DNA from: Mobula hypostoma
Taxonomy: Eukaryota
Length of the DNA: 64,000 nt
Reading direction: 5' to 3'
Assembly (NCBI RefSeq): GCF_963921235.1
Contig: NC_086120.1
Coordinates: 186,001-250,000 of the forward strand
Part shown: positions 36,101 to 48,710 of the stretch, piece after piece
Layout of the letters: each line of letters starts with the position of its first letter
Position numbering within the stretch: the first letter of the stretch is position 1
The notes under the pieces: generated by a model
Databases searched by the model: none
What the model saw: the letters and a program-made list of their open reading frames with translations, nothing else
Told to the model about the DNA's origin: nothing
Translations under genes and position numbers: made by a program

Positions 36101-39100
36101 CTCTCCTGGCTTCAGTCTTGTTGCCGTCTGTTCTGAAATTGTTGGGTTGTGTCGGGGGGTTGCGTTCGAGAAAACAATGAAATGCTGCGCTGCGGCCATC
36201 TGTTCTGACACGTCATGACAGCGTTTTTAAGTAGTCAAAAAAGCTCACTTTACCATTTAACTCTCACACCGTTCACACCGACTGCGCGTTATAACAGCCA
36301 TCCGGCAGTGCTTGCGCAGTACCAAGCAGAAGCAGAAAAAAGTGTTGTTGTGGTGTTGTCATGACAGCATTTTAAAATATCTCCGTTTACCCCATCTTCA
36401 CTACAACGCGCAACAATCGTTTTCAGATTTACACACTCTGGAGAGAGTTTTAGAAAAGCTCCATTTTCGGGGGATGAAAACGCCGTTTCAATGTGGACAG
36501 AGGGTCAAAGTGAAGAGAAAAGGCTTTGTTTTCAAAATTTTCCGGCGTAGTGTGGATATAGCCTCAGAGGCCAAAGGGGGTTCTCAGAAGTGCTTTGGGA
36601 ATGTCCTCTGAGCACAAAGGCACCTAATGGTAGCTGCTAATTAAATCCGCTTTGGAGCCCATTAACCTTCCGGCTAAACATGCAGAAAAGTCTTAGGTGT
36701 GTGGGCCAGGTAATGATCAGGACTGGTGGCCTCATTAAGACATTAGTAATCTGGGGATTCCTGGAGTATCAAGGTAACAACACAAAGTCTTTGACATCCA
36801 CAAGCCGGCAGTTCTTGAGATTCACCTTGGGTACACAGGAAGTCTGTGCCAAGCAGAGGTCCAGTCACTTTACCAGAATGGAAGTCCCATGTGCTAAAGT
36901 CGCCCTCTGAAGCATGGGCTTCCGTGTTCTTTAAGTCTGGATTTTGCTGCCGTTGGCAGCCTCCAGCAAGGTTTCATCACTCTTTGCCTTCTCATCAATA
37001 GGCGATGCTGGCAGCACACTCACTTGAGTGTCTCACAGGAAGAGTTGTCCTGAAAGAGTGTCTGTAATGAACAGTAGGTGACTGTGGCAGTTGGAGCCTA
37101 CAGTGTTCACAGCTTCTGATGTTCTGAAGCTGTGGCGGTGTGCAAGCTGCAAGGCGGTCAGCACTTCCTAGCAAAGTGAGCATGGTAAAAACACAGAGCC
37201 AGCATGGTCTGTGTCATGTGCTGACCGGGCTTATTGAAGCAGGGAAATGAAGGATTATGCATCTCTTCCTGGCTGACTGTAGACTCTCAGCTATTTTAGC
37301 AAGCACCTATGGTCCTTCACCGGTGCCTCACCAAGAATGAAGAGTTCTTTTTAAAATTAAAATGAGGATGGTGATTTCCCAGGAGAGACTACATGTGGCT
37401 TAGCATCATCAAGAGTGAACAAGTAGAGCAACTGTTTTGGTGAGCTCTGACTCAGATAGTCCAAAAGTCTGTAAAAGGTGAGTTTTCAGCTCTCTGTATT
37501 TATCATGTTCAGGCAGTTGTTCCAGTAAACTCACCACTCGCACAGACATGGAATTACTGAGCAACACTACAAAAAAAATTTGGTGTCATCAGTGGTGATT
37601 TCCCGCAGTGCAAATTGAGCCTCTAACCCTGGTTCGTTCACACTTGGAATTTTGTGTTCATTTCTGGTCAACGCATGATAGGAAGGATGTGGAACCTTTA
37701 AAGTGGGAGCAGAGGAGATTTACCAGAATGCTGCCTAATTAAAGAGCTTGTCTTAAGGGAAAAGATTGAATGGACTCTTTGGTGAAAAGGAGAATGAGAG
37801 GTGACTTGATAGAGGTGTACAAGATGATGAGAGGCATAATTTGATTGGATAGCGAGATACTTTTTGCCAGGACAGAAATGGCTAATACAAAGGGTTATAA
37901 TTTTTAGGTGATTGGAGGAAAGAATAGAGGGCATGTGAGAGTTACGTAGTTTACAGACTCCGATAGGGGTTGCTGGTAGAGTCAGATATATTAGGGGCAT
38001 AAGAAACTGAGACAGGCACGTTGATGATAGAAAATGGAGGACTATGTAGGAGGGAAAGGTTAAATTGATATTAGTGTGGGTTAAAACATCAGCACAATAT
38101 CTTGGACCAAAGGGTCTGTACTGTGCTGTAACGTTCTGTGTTCCTTCCTTGTGGGAAAGTTGAAAGCCTAATGACAGCTGGAATGATATTGTAGAGCACA
38201 CACATAAAAGTTGCTGGTGAACGCAGCAGGCCAGGCAGCATCTCTAGGAAGAGGTACAGTCGACGTTTCGGGCCGAGACCCTTCGTCAGGATTAACTGAA
38301 AGAAGAGCTAGTAAGAGATTTGAGAGGGGGAGGGATGGAGCCAAGAACTGGACAGTTGATTGGCAAAAGGGATATGAGAGGATCATGGGACAGGAGGCCC
38401 AGCGAGAAAGAAAAGGGGGAGAGGGGGAAAAAACCCAGAGGATGGGCAAGGGGTATAGTGGGAGAATGGATTGTGTGCTGGATTGCATAGAAGGTTAGAA
38501 AAGCAAATTTAGCTGTGATCTTTTCATGATAGGTTCTTTGCTTTATTTCTTAGCATGCCTCAGGCGATGTAGAGAAAATGATCCTTGGGAACAAGTGCGA
38601 TGTAAATGAGAAAAGACAAGTCAGCAAAGAACGTGGAGAGAAGGTAGGAGCCTTGGAGCTGCCACTGCTGCCTTGTTATGGGAAGCCTGGGCTTTGTTTT
38701 AAAATATTCTCTTGGTGACAATGTTTGGCACAAGTTCGAATAGTTTCTTTAATGTTTTGCCTCTGCTGTAAACTATTAGATGATCTGATTATCCATGGTT
38801 GGTCCAAATGCATTCACTTGAAACGAATCTTGTAGCTTTCCCCTAATATCTCCACAGCTTTGTCTGTATCCTTCGGAGATGGGACTGAGGTAAGTCCACA
38901 AATTATTAACTTGTTTTAGTCATCGCAGATCTGGAGTAGCTATTATGGTTATATTTGTTTTATTTTAACCAGTAACATTTGTCATCTCTACTTGACATAA
39001 ATAATGAGCATGCTGTGGTTTATCAGTGGGCTGCAGTGCTATCCTCCTGCCCTTGCCTGACTTTTCAACCTTTGCATCCGATTGCTCATCTTGATTTGTC

Positions 39101-42100
39101 TTTAAATTCCACTTGTATATAAAACTAACCACCAACTTACTTCTCATGTTGTCTTACAATATAGGAGGGGACTGTTTCTTGGAGTAATCTCATCAGCCCC
39201 TTTTCCAACTTCCCAACTATTGATTGATGAAACAGCAAACCGTAGAACAGTACAGCACAGGAACTGGCCCTTTGGCCCATGATCTATGCCAAAATACTTT
39301 AAATAAACTCATCCCTTATGCGCACATAACATCCATGTCCCTCCATTCTCTGCACATTAAATTGCCTAGCTAAGAACCTAAGAATCGCCCCTAGAGTATC
39401 TATCTACACCATTGCCCTGGCAGCAGATTTTAGGCTCCACCACTGCTTATACTTTTTTAATTGTCAAATCTCCTGTGAACTTCCCCACCCCAGCCACCAC
39501 TTTAAATGGATGCCCTCTGGTTTTAGACATTTCAAACCTGGCAAAAAAAGGTACCTACATACTTCTCATTATAAACTTCTATCAGGTGTCCCTTCAGCCT
39601 CTGCCAGTTCAGAGATTTAATAAAAACAAGTTTGAGCAACTTCTGCTTGTAGCTCATGGCCTTCAGACAGCATCCTGCTAAAGCTCTTCTGCACCCTTTC
39701 AAAGGCACCACATCCTTCCAAAAATAGGGTGACCAAAACTTAATGCAATACTATGCAGCCTAACCAGAGTTTTATAAAGCTGCAACATAACTTCCCAAAT
39801 CTTTATCTTAGTACCTTGACTAATAAAAGCAAATGTGCAGTGCATCTTCAGGTGGGACAGTTCTGTGGACAGTTGAGATGAAAGTTAAACTTTTGGCAGA
39901 AATGCACACCATTACATTTGGAGATAAAAGGGCACTGCACACCAATACCAAAACCTCATCCCAAGCATGGTGGAAGGGGCATCAGAATTTAGGACTGCTT
40001 TGCTGCCTCTGGGACTGGAGAGCTTACAATTGTTGAGGATACAATGAATTCAAAATTGTATGAAGACATTTTACCTTTTACTACCCTATCAAGACATTTT
40101 ACACTTTACTACCCTATCAACCTGCACAGCTGCTTTCAGGGAGGTAGGGACTTGGACCTGAAGTTCCCTCTATACATCAATATTGTTAAAGTGTTCTGTC
40201 ATTGCAGTTTACAGCCCCTCTACATCTCATCTTCAATCAGCCACACCTCACACTTGGACAGATTAAATTCTGTCTGCCATTTCTGGGCAACTGATCTACT
40301 GTATCCTTTGGTAACCTTCTCTACGTGATCCATAGCACCACCAGTCTTTGTATCATTCTGAATTCACTAGCATCCATCAATATTTTTGTCCAAGTTTTGC
40401 ACTTTTTCAAATCATCAGTGATAACTCTTGGTGGTTCTTAACAGTATATGGAATTCCCTCACTTCCAAAAACTGGTGTACGTTATGCAAGTAATTGAAGG
40501 GCAACTTCATGCCTTTCAACCGGAGCTTTATTGCAACGGACTACTGACTCAGCAAAAATGCAATCTAGGTTCCTCCCACACTTCTTTTTTCTCCTCACTG
40601 ATGAAGGACAGCATGTGTGTCCTATTTCCATTTGTCCACATACCCTGTACACTGAAGAAATGTCTGCACCCACAATTTTCTTATGATTCAAAATGCACTG
40701 CTACAATGGCTAATCAATCAAAATTATCTTTGAAGGAAAGCTTCAAAGTTCCTTTGCAACTGACAGTATATTCCAGACTATTTAATAAGCACTTAGATTT
40801 TTAAGTTTTTAGACAGTTCAGTGGCAGTTCTATGTTGGGTAGCTGGGTTACAAACGTTGGTCCAGTGCTATAGGACTTCACTCTGAGAACATCGAGAGAC
40901 TTTCTAGCTGTATTTAACTGAACCTAATACACAGTAAAGAACAGGGAGAGGAGGCAGAGTCGTAGAATTATCAGGTTTTTCAAGCAGAATGTAATTTACT
41001 CTGTCTCTATGCTACCAGATTTGGAGATAATTAGGTTCCCTTTTGTGTCTCAGCTCTTGCAGGTTACAATTTATCCAGGTATAAATGGGCTGTGAATTTC
41101 AGGCAGTGAGGCAGTTCCCATTAGTCTTGGACTGAAATTTATTTTCAAATGGCTCTGCCTCTTTTTTTTTTGTTTGTTTCCGTCTGACTACCAAAGGAAA
41201 TAGATCCAACCTGTGCACAGAACTGGGGATTTTTATACTCCCATTAAATCTGTATTTAGACACAGGGAGAAAAAATGTAGTTTTAATGATCTCCTCAAAA
41301 CTTTAATTTTCCATCCTTGGGAGCTTCCTTATGAATAATCAGCACCCTCTCTAGTGCTATCACATCCTTCCAAGTGTGCTGACTGGAACTGGACATGGGA
41401 CTGCAGCTCTTGCCTATCTTATACAGTGAAGTCCTGATGTAGATAGTGCTTTACAAATTCCACCAAGCCTTCACACTAAAGTGTTCCCACTCAAATGGGA
41501 GTTAAAATCTGCCACAATGATAACCCACTTGCACTTGTCATTTGTCTGTTTATCTATAAAGTTCACAGTAGGCTGGGTTGCATATATAGGAAGAGAAACT
41601 GAGTCAAGCTTTCAGTTCGATGACCCTTCATCATAACAGGGAACGAGACCAAAAGAAGTGCATTAAGCTACAGGGAAGGTGAGGAAGGAGGGATGTAAAT
41701 GGTTGTCTGGTCAGTGAGTGAATGGGAGCAGTTAGAGTGTGAGAACTGAGGCAAAATATTGTAGAAGCTGTGAAATGCTGAGTACATATGGCACTGTCAT
41801 TATTTTTGGATTTCCAGCGTTTGCAATTTTTTTTGTGGAGGGGGATTGTTCACGTATCTGCTCCTCTGTCTCCCCTGACTGCCTGGCTGGGAGAGGGGGT
41901 GTTGCAAAATGATAAAGGCATGGTAGCATAGTGGTTAGCACACCACTTTACAATACCAGCAACCCAGGTTCAATTCCCGCCATTGCCTTGTTAAGAATTT
42001 GTACATTCTCCCCGTGACCACATGGGTTACCTCTCACAGTCCAAAGACGTACCAGTTAATTGGTCACGGTAAATTGTCCAATGGTTAGATTGGGATTAAA

Positions 42101-45100
42101 TCTGGAGATTGCTGGGTGGCACAACTCAAAAGGCCGGAAGGGGCTATTCCATGCTGTTTCACAAGTAATAAGTAAGTAAGTGATTACTCTTTGTTACTTA
42201 CAAATTTTATCCATATGGCCTCATTGGAAGAAACTTTTGAAGGCATCCTCTCTGAGTATTGCTATGATCTTCCTAATGAATATTATAACACTCCCTGCTT
42301 ATCACGCCTGAAACTTTATACTCTGAAATTTTGAGCTGTTGGTGCCACTCTCCTTTCAACCCTGCTTCTGTGATTGCAAATATGTCATATTTCCATGTGC
42401 TGATGAATACCCTAATTTCATCAATCTTAGTAGTACACTTTTAATGCAGTGCACTTTTCTTAACCATACTGATGCTGACACTGAAATCTTAGAGCAGATG
42501 CTCTGGACTTTCAGGCTGGGATGGAATGTGTGGATATTCTAAACAAAAATGCACACAATAGTGGAAGGACTTAGCAGGTCAGGCAGTGTATGTGGAAGTG
42601 AATAAACAGTTGACTTGTTAGGCTGAGACTCTTCTTCAAGAGTCCCAAAAGCCAACTGTTTATTCACTTCCATGGATGCCATCTAATCTGAGTTACTCCA
42701 GCGTTTTGTGTGTGTTCCTCTGGATTTCCAACATCTGCATAAACTCTTGCGTTTAGAATCTTAGAGTTTTTCGAGGAAGTTACCAGGAAAGTTGATGAAG
42801 GCAAGGCAGTCGATATTGTCTACATGGATTTTAGCAAGGCATTTGACAAGATTTACAAGTTTGGTCAAGAACATTCAGTCACTTAGCATTCAAAATGAGG
42901 TAGTAAATTACATTCCACATTGGCTTTGTGGAAGAGGCCAGAGACTGGTTGTGGATGGTTGTCTTCCTGACTGGAGGCTAGTGACTAGTGGTGCTGAGTC
43001 TGTTGTTTGTCATCTATAAGTCAGCAATCTGGATCAAGAAATTTGCAGATGATTCCAAGATTGAGGGTGTTGTGGGTAGCAAGGAAGACTATTAAAGCTT
43101 ACAGCGGGATCTGAACCAACTGGAAAAATGGCAGATGGAACTTAAAGCAGACAAGTGTTAGGTGTTGTACTTTGGAAGAACCAACCAACGTAGGTCTTAC
43201 AGAGTGAGCAGTAGAGCACTGAGGAGTGCAGTCAGACAGAAGGATCTGGGAATACAGATCTGTAATTCCTTGAAAGTGGTGTCACAGGTCGATAGTGCTG
43301 TAAAGAAAGTTTTTGGTACATTAGCCTTCATAAATCAGTGTATTGAGTGCAGGAGTTAGGATGTTATGTACAAGATGTTGGTGAGGCCTAATCAGGAGTA
43401 TTGTGTCTAGTTTTGGTCACCTACCAATAGGAAACATGTAAATAAGATCGAAAGGGTGCAGAGAAAAGTTACAAGGATACTTGAGTTATTGGGAAATGTT
43501 GAATGTCAAAACTTAGAAGATTGAGGTAAGATTTGATAGATTTATACAAAATTATGAGGAATAGAGATACAGTAAATGCAAGCAGTCTTTTTTTTCCACT
43601 GAGGGGTGAATCTACAACTAGAGATCATGGGTTAAGGGTGAAAAGTGAAATATTTAAGGGGAAGTCGTAGGGTGGTGAGACTGTGGAACAAGCTGCCAAT
43701 GCAAGTGGTGGATTCAGGGTCAATCTCAAAATTTAAGAGAAATTTAGATAGGTATATGTCTGGTATGGAGGGCCATATTCCAAGTGATAGGACTGGGCAC
43801 ATTAATGGTTCAGCACAGACTTCATGAGCTGAGAGACCTGATTCTGTGTTGTAGTGTTCTATGACACTATTCTGAATAGTTTGAGAAAGAAGTTGATTTG
43901 TTTCTTTGGAAGTAGGAAAATAAAGTGGAATATTCGAGTTGTAATTACATTGAAGAGTGATATTATAAAAATCACCGTTGGCTGCTTGTGGAGAGAAAGC
44001 CGATAACTATTTTAAATCAACACTATCGATTTCTGCTTTTTGGGTCAACAGAAGGATCCTCTCTCATGAGTAATTGTTTAAAAATGAAAGTACTTGAAAA
44101 TTAACCTGAAAGTGCTTCAAGCAATTTGGGATTGCTTGAGACTTCAGGCATGCTTGAGGCATATCTCCCTCACTCCGTTCCTCACTTCTGTACGTTATTA
44201 TTTTTTTTAATCTTTCTTTTCCAGTTAGCCAGTGACTATGGAATTAAGTTCATGGAAACCAGCGCAAAAGCAAATATAAATGTGGAGAATGTAAGTATTG
44301 CTTATTGTCTGGTCATTTCCTGTTTTTTGCATTATATTTTTAATGTAAACACTTTCTATCATTAGAAAGATGAACTCTGGTCCAGTAATTATTAAATTTC
44401 CAGAGCTTGGTAACTTAACACCTGGTTTGTGCAGCCACAAACAGAAATGCACACATGTAGAGACCACAAAAGAATACTGTGTGCAGCTCTGGTCACCATA
44501 TTATAGGACAGTTGTGATTAAGCCAAAGAGTTCAGTGATGATTCACAAGAAGGGGTCTTGAGTTACATACAAAGAGTAGCTAGGCTTTGACTGTATTCCC
44601 CGGAGTGAATGAGGGTGATATAAAATCGTGAGGGGCTTAGATGAAGTGAACTTTCACAGCCTTTTCCCCAGGTAATGAAGTCAAAGTGAGAGGGCATAGA
44701 ACATAGAAAACCTACAGCCCAATACAGGCCCTTCGGTCCACAATGTTGTGCCGAACATGTACTTAGTTTAGAAATTACCTAGAATTACCCATAGCCCTCT
44801 ATTTTTCTAAACAGGTTTAAGGGGAAGTTTTTGAAGTAGATCGGAGTCATTTTTCATACAGAGGGTGATGGGTGTGTGAAACAAACTACCAGAGAAAGCG
44901 GTAATGTGGGTACAATTACAAAGTTTGAAACTAAACACAGGCAGACAGGACTAGCTCTGGATAGCATCATGGTCGGGGTGAAGGACCTGTTTATGTTTCA
45001 TACAGCTACGTAGTTAGTTTGGATATGGCTTGCATGTTCCTCTCCTGTTTCTTTTGCCTTCTGCACTCTTATAATTTTGGAGTGAAGAGGCAATTTGTAC

Positions 45101-48100
45101 CTGATGATTTATTATAATTGAATACATAAAGGTGGTTGGGGAAAAGCTGTTGAATCTTGAGGTATGGATCTACAAGCTCCCGCGTAGTTAGAGGGACTTC
45201 AGGGCAGTAAGTGAATGGATGAAGCATGACTGGTGGAATATAGTATAAGAAAATGAGCTTATTTACTTTGGTAGAAAAGAATAATGGCAGGGTATTGTTT
45301 AAATAGTGAGGTTTGAAAAGTCATCTGAATCAGAATCAGGTTTATTATGCAAACAAGAGGAATTCTGCAGATGCTGGAAATTCAAGCAACACACATCAAA
45401 GTAGCTGGTGAACGCACCAGCTGGCCTGCTGCGTTCACCAGCTACTTTGATGTGTGTTGCAGGTTTATTATGACCAGCATTTGACTGAGATTTCATGTAG
45501 AAACTTCACCAACAATTCCAGCAGTGTTGATGGCCCTTATTGTGTGTGTGTGTGGGGGGGGGGGTTATTACAAGAAGTATTTTGTTCCAATAATAAATTG
45601 GTTTAATATTGTCATGTGTACAATTTTTGAATGCATGAACACCATCTATTATTGTTGCTATAAAACAACAAATCTCACATCAAAAAGACAATGATAATAA
45701 ACCTGATTCTGGATCGGTTTGTCTCGGTCATCCTTCAGAACTGTCAGTTGCTGTAATTATCTCTGCAGCTACCTCTTTTTGGCTTAAAACTTTGCAACTG
45801 TAAAATGGGTGCTGTCAGTTTTTCCTCAGATTTGGTTTCGTAGTGAATAGCAGTGTGCCAGGCAGTGCTGGAAAGCAGAGGGATTTTGGGGAATAAGTAC
45901 ATGGTTCACTGAAAGTGGTATCACAAGTAATCAAAGTGGCGAAGGTGATGTTTGAAACACTTGGCCTCATCAGTCAGTGCATTGAGTACAGGAGCTCAAC
46001 TTAAAAGCAAATGAGAGGGCATATAATAGAGCAAAAGTTTGTAGGAAGTTACAGGATGGGGAAGCTTTTAGAAACCAATGGAAGGCAACTAAAAAAGCCA
46101 TAGGAGGGAAAAGATGAAATATGAAGGTAAGCACAGAAGTTACCAGAAGACTGGATGCTTAAGGGAAAATCTTGCTTGACAAATCTGTTGGAATTTTTTG
46201 AGGAAGTAACAAACAGAATGAAAAAGGGGAATTAGCGGATGTGTACAGATTTTCAGAAAGACTTTGAAAAAGTTGCAATACGCAAGGCTGATTAACAACA
46301 CAAGAGCTCGTGGTATTACAGGAAAAATACAGGTATGGATGGAGCATTGGCTGATTGGCAGGGGGTAAAGAGTGAGAATAAAGGGAGCCTTTCCTTGTTG
46401 GCTGCCGGTGACAGTGGTGTTCCATAGGGTTTAGTGTTGGGACTACTTTTTGTTATATGTCAGCGATTTGGATGATGGAATTGATGGCTTTGTGGCCAGT
46501 TTTGCAGACAATACGAAGGTAGGCAGAGGGCAGGTGGTATTGAGGAAACAGAGGCTGTAGAAGGTCTTGGGCAGATTAGAAGAATAGGCAAAGAAGTGGC
46601 AGTGTTGGGAAGTGTATGGTCATGCACTTTGGTAGGAGGAATGAAAGTGTGGACTATTTTCTAAATGGGGAAAAAACTAAAAAATCCAAGGTGCAAAGGG
46701 TCTTGGGAGTCTGGAGGAAAGACATGTGGTTCACTGGGAGAACGTACAAGCTACTTGCAAGCTCTGAAGTCTGGAGTGCCCTGAGCTGCAATATCGTCAA
46801 GCTGCGCTGTGCTAAAGGGATATAGGCCGAGCGCTGGAAAATGGGACTAGCTTAGATGGACATCTTGGTTGGCATGGACCAATTGGGTTAAAAGGCACTT
46901 CTACGCTGTAGAACTCTATGGGTATTGGGGACAGGGGTTTTTGAGTTGGCTGAAACAAAGGAAAGAACAAGAACTGAGGAATTGTGAGAGATTTGCAATG
47001 ACCGGGGCCAATGCTATAGCCATTAGCTTGTTAGAGTAGAAGCAAACTGGTTCTGTGCAGTATTATTGTCAGCTTTTGAGTGACAGGGTCAAAGGAAACT
47101 TGGAAGGAGGCATCCTGAATGGGGACAAAAAGGAATGGTCTGATGAACGATTGTGAAGTAACATGGAGAGTCATGGGCAGAACCATGTATGCACCTGGGT
47201 AGGTGACTTGCCATGACCTCAGAGGGACAGCTTGTGCAACTTCTGCAGTACCAGTGCCTGCTGGTGTGCTGCTGAGTTGTAGTTTTCTTCATTTGTTCTT
47301 TCTCAATAGAGCATTGACCATTCTGATGTTTACTGTTTCAGGCATTCTTTACTCTTGCCAGAGACATAAAAACAAAAATGGACAAAAAGCTGGTAAGTGT
47401 CTTTTACCTCCTTTTCCTCCCTTTCTGTGCTCATTACCCAGGACAAGTTCAGCATGTAGTCAACTTACGGGGCTCCTTTTGGTGGGTTAGTAACTGGACA
47501 TGAAAGTTAGTCCCGCTGAGTGGGATTAGATGCATGAAATTCTACCCATCTTTCTTGTCAGCACAGCAGTAGTGGCACATCACATGGCACAATGCTAACT
47601 CTTGCCCTGCTGCTGGCCCCTAAAATGAATGAAAAAATCCCATTGACCCTCACTTAGAATTGAATGTTAAGCCAAGTGACCAAAAGTTTAGTGAATTGAG
47701 CTTATGTAGCCTTAAAAATGAAAGGGAAGCAGTGGGTCGGAAAGGTTGGTGAATTCTGAAACGGAGAGGTAAACTGAGGTCTGTGGATCTTTGTGCTGGG
47801 GAGGCCATCTATAGTCCTTGACAGGGACTTTTCCTGGCTCTGCCAGTGGGATTGTTTATGGGGAGTTTTATCCTCTTCACTCACACCAAATGGTCAGCTG
47901 ATGTCACTTTGAACAAACAGTGCATAGCAGGCCTGCTAGAATATTTTAACAGCCCTTAAGAAGAGGGTAACTGACTGCTTTGGTGTTAATGTACAGACAG
48001 GGACGGCTGGTGGCTTTCCTTAATTTCTATGATTGCTGATGGCTGTGTGGTCAGTTGCTCATCCCCCATCACTGTCCTTCACTTACACCACTTTCATGTA

Positions 48101-48710
48101 ACTGGCATCCCCTCTGTCACGGCGATTTTAATTTTTCTTCCACGCTGCACTGACTCCTGCACCCCTTGCCCCTCTATCGCTGCAATCCGTCTTCAATACT
48201 GATTCACTGATCTCCTGCAGTGACAAGAAGACCTGCTCTACCACACAAGTGAAATGTCAAGCTGCCTCTTTCTACTCAGTGCCCAAGTGACCCGGACTGG
48301 CCCCAGGCCTAATTGTGCCACCCCTGGTCAAGACCACACAGGTCCAGGTCCAAGGCAGAGAAAGCTAGAAGGGGAGAAGTTCAGCAATGACTGCTAAGGT
48401 GTGTAGAGTACAGGAGGGTGCAGACACCAGATGAGAGTTGCCCATCATGTTTGATGCACAATGAGGTTATTGCTGATAAGGGAGAGGTGCTGGTTTGAGT
48501 TGGGCTGTGACTCACCTGAATTAAGTTTTTTAAATAATTACCTTAAATGCTGAATGTATTAATTTGATGGGATGTGATGTGATTGCTTTGGCTAAACTCT
48601 TCTTTCTTCTTTTTATGTAGGAAGGTAACAGTCCACAAGATAGCAACCAGGGTGTGCGAATCACCTCAGAACAGAAAAAGAGCAGTTTCTTCCGTTGTCT
48701 CCTTCTGTGA
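21070..48710 (+). CDS. RAB8A: Ras-related protein Rab-8A, complete spliced CDS join(21070..21193,22899..22959,29234..29294,29837..29914,38554..38643,44225..44290,47342..47392,48621..48710), 621 nt, 206 aa
   Basis: All introns are GT-AG with consistent phases. Protein: [206 protein letters not shown]. The C-terminus (KMDKKLEGNSPQ..NQGV, CaaX CLLL) is RAB8A-type rather than RAB8B-type; CIB3 neighbour agrees. Confidence 0.96.
22100..22815 (+). mobile_element. CR1 LINE 3' fragment (RAB8A intron 1)
   Basis: Decayed QRRFMRIIP / FRTEMRRNF coding and CR1 3' UTR. Confidence 0.75.
22899..22959 (+). CDS. RAB8A: RAB8A exon 2 ([21 protein letters not shown])
   Basis: Acceptor ttcttttcag; donor TG|GTGAGG; 61 nt. 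Confidence 0.96.
23445..23990 (-). mobile_element. Rex1/Babar-type LINE 3' fragment
   Basis: [35 protein letters not shown]. Confidence 0.72.
25520..28555 (+). mobile_element. Long decayed CR1 LINE (RAB8A intron 2)
   Basis: Endonuclease, RT ([16 protein letters not shown]) and 3' end ([16 protein letters not shown]...RGHGLRI) are collinear. Confidence 0.85.
25999..26400 (+). repeat. Tandem triplication, 3 x 134 bp
   Basis: Units start at 25999, 26133 and 26267; only one substitution seen (GGTCAGCT vs GGTCGGCT in copy 3). Confidence 0.95.
29234..29294 (+). CDS. RAB8A: RAB8A exon 3 ([20 protein letters not shown])
   Basis: Acceptor gtcctag; donor ATG|GTAAGA; 61 nt. Confidence 0.96.
29837..29914 (+). 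CDS. RAB8A: RAB8A exon 4 ([26 protein letters not shown])
   Basis: Acceptor ccatgcag; donor GAG|GTACGT; 78 nt. Confidence 0.96.
30165..31730 (-). mobile_element. Rex1/Babar-type LINE, decayed RT
   Basis: [55 protein letters not shown]. Confidence 0.8.
34106..36563. mobile_element. Non-autonomous PIF/Harbinger-like DNA transposon (about 1.05 kb without the nested L1)
   Basis: TIRs GGCTACGTCCATACTA / TAGTGTGGATATAGCC; 3-bp TSD TCA (34103-34105, 36564-36566); Gypsy RT is collinear across it. Confidence 0.75.
34188..35584 (-). mobile_element. 5'-truncated L1-clade LINE nested in the MITE
   Basis: [32 protein letters not shown]; (GAAA)n tail at the left; TSD CGTTTTTC at 34180-34187 and 35585-35592. 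Confidence 0.88.
38196..38465 (-). mobile_element. Penelope-like pLTR fragment near RAB8A exon 5
   Basis: Highly similar to 17696-17960. Confidence 0.78.
38257..38294 (-). ncRNA. Minimal type I hammerhead ribozyme motif (Penelope-type), intact core
   Basis: Minus strand TAATC-CTGACGA-A-GGGTCTCGGCCC-GAA-ACGT-C/GACTG: CUGANGA and GAAA cores, stem II GGG/CCC, palindromic ACGU stem III (dimer type), GUC cleavage triplet, stem I with one mismatch. Confidence 0.68.
38554..38643 (+). CDS. RAB8A: RAB8A exon 5 ([16 protein letters not shown]...GEK)
   Basis: Acceptor atttcttag; donor AAG|GTAGGA; 90 nt; NKxD motif. Confidence 0.96.
39835..40072 (+). mobile_element. Tc1/mariner transposase fragment
   Basis: Frameshifted [39 protein letters not shown]. 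Confidence 0.75.
41917..42181 (+). mobile_element. tRNA-derived V-SINE (HE1-like)
   Basis: A box TAGCATAGTGG, B box GGTTCAATTCC, V-domain TTCTCCCCGTGAC...CACAGTCCAAAGAC, (TAAG)n tail. Confidence 0.75.
42760..43865 (+). mobile_element. CR1 LINE RT/3' fragment
   Basis: [14 protein letters not shown] codons, FADD codons, [17 protein letters not shown] tail. Confidence 0.82.
44225..44290 (+). CDS. RAB8A: RAB8A exon 6 ([22 protein letters not shown])
   Basis: Acceptor cttttccag; donor AAT|GTAAGT; 66 nt; ETSAK motif. Confidence 0.96.
45350..45459. mobile_element. 110-bp fold-back Penelope-like terminal insertion
   Basis: Hairpin GCAACACACATCAAAGTAGCTGGTGAACGCA / TGCGTTCACCAGCTACTTTGATGTGTGTTGC; perfect TSD CAGGTTTATTATG at 45337-45349 and 45460-45472. 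Confidence 0.8.
45850..46920 (+). mobile_element. CR1 LINE fragments
   Basis: [17 protein letters not shown] codons, [14 protein letters not shown]. Confidence 0.75.
47342..47392 (+). CDS. RAB8A: RAB8A exon 7 ([17 protein letters not shown])
   Basis: Acceptor ctgtttcag; donor CTG|GTAAGT; 51 nt. Confidence 0.95.
48621..48710 (+). CDS. RAB8A: RAB8A exon 8 coding part ([29 protein letters not shown])
   Basis: Acceptor ttttatgtag; CaaX prenylation motif; TGA followed by a second TGA. Confidence 0.95.
   Translation, partial: EGNSPQDSNQGVRITSEQKKSSFFRCLLL

Larger units (their letters stand above)
32200..37670 (-). mobile_element. Gypsy LTR-retrotransposon internal region (gag-RT-RNaseH-integrase), decayed and interrupted
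   Basis: Integrase [37 protein letters not shown]; RT LDDILV (~33990-34010) and PFGL/RMPF flanking the MITE; gag-like [15 protein letters not shown] and [17 protein letters not shown] at ~37450-37625. Confidence 0.82.

Noticed and set aside
41917-41985. tRNA gene
   Set aside because: A/B boxes run into a V-SINE body and tail, with no complete cloverleaf.
21070-48710. RAB8B or RAB13 assignment (N-terminal NTTF and DGKKI residues are RAB8B-like)
   Set aside because: [20 protein letters not shown] and the KMDKKLEGNSPQ C-terminus, plus the CIB3 neighbour, indicate RAB8A.
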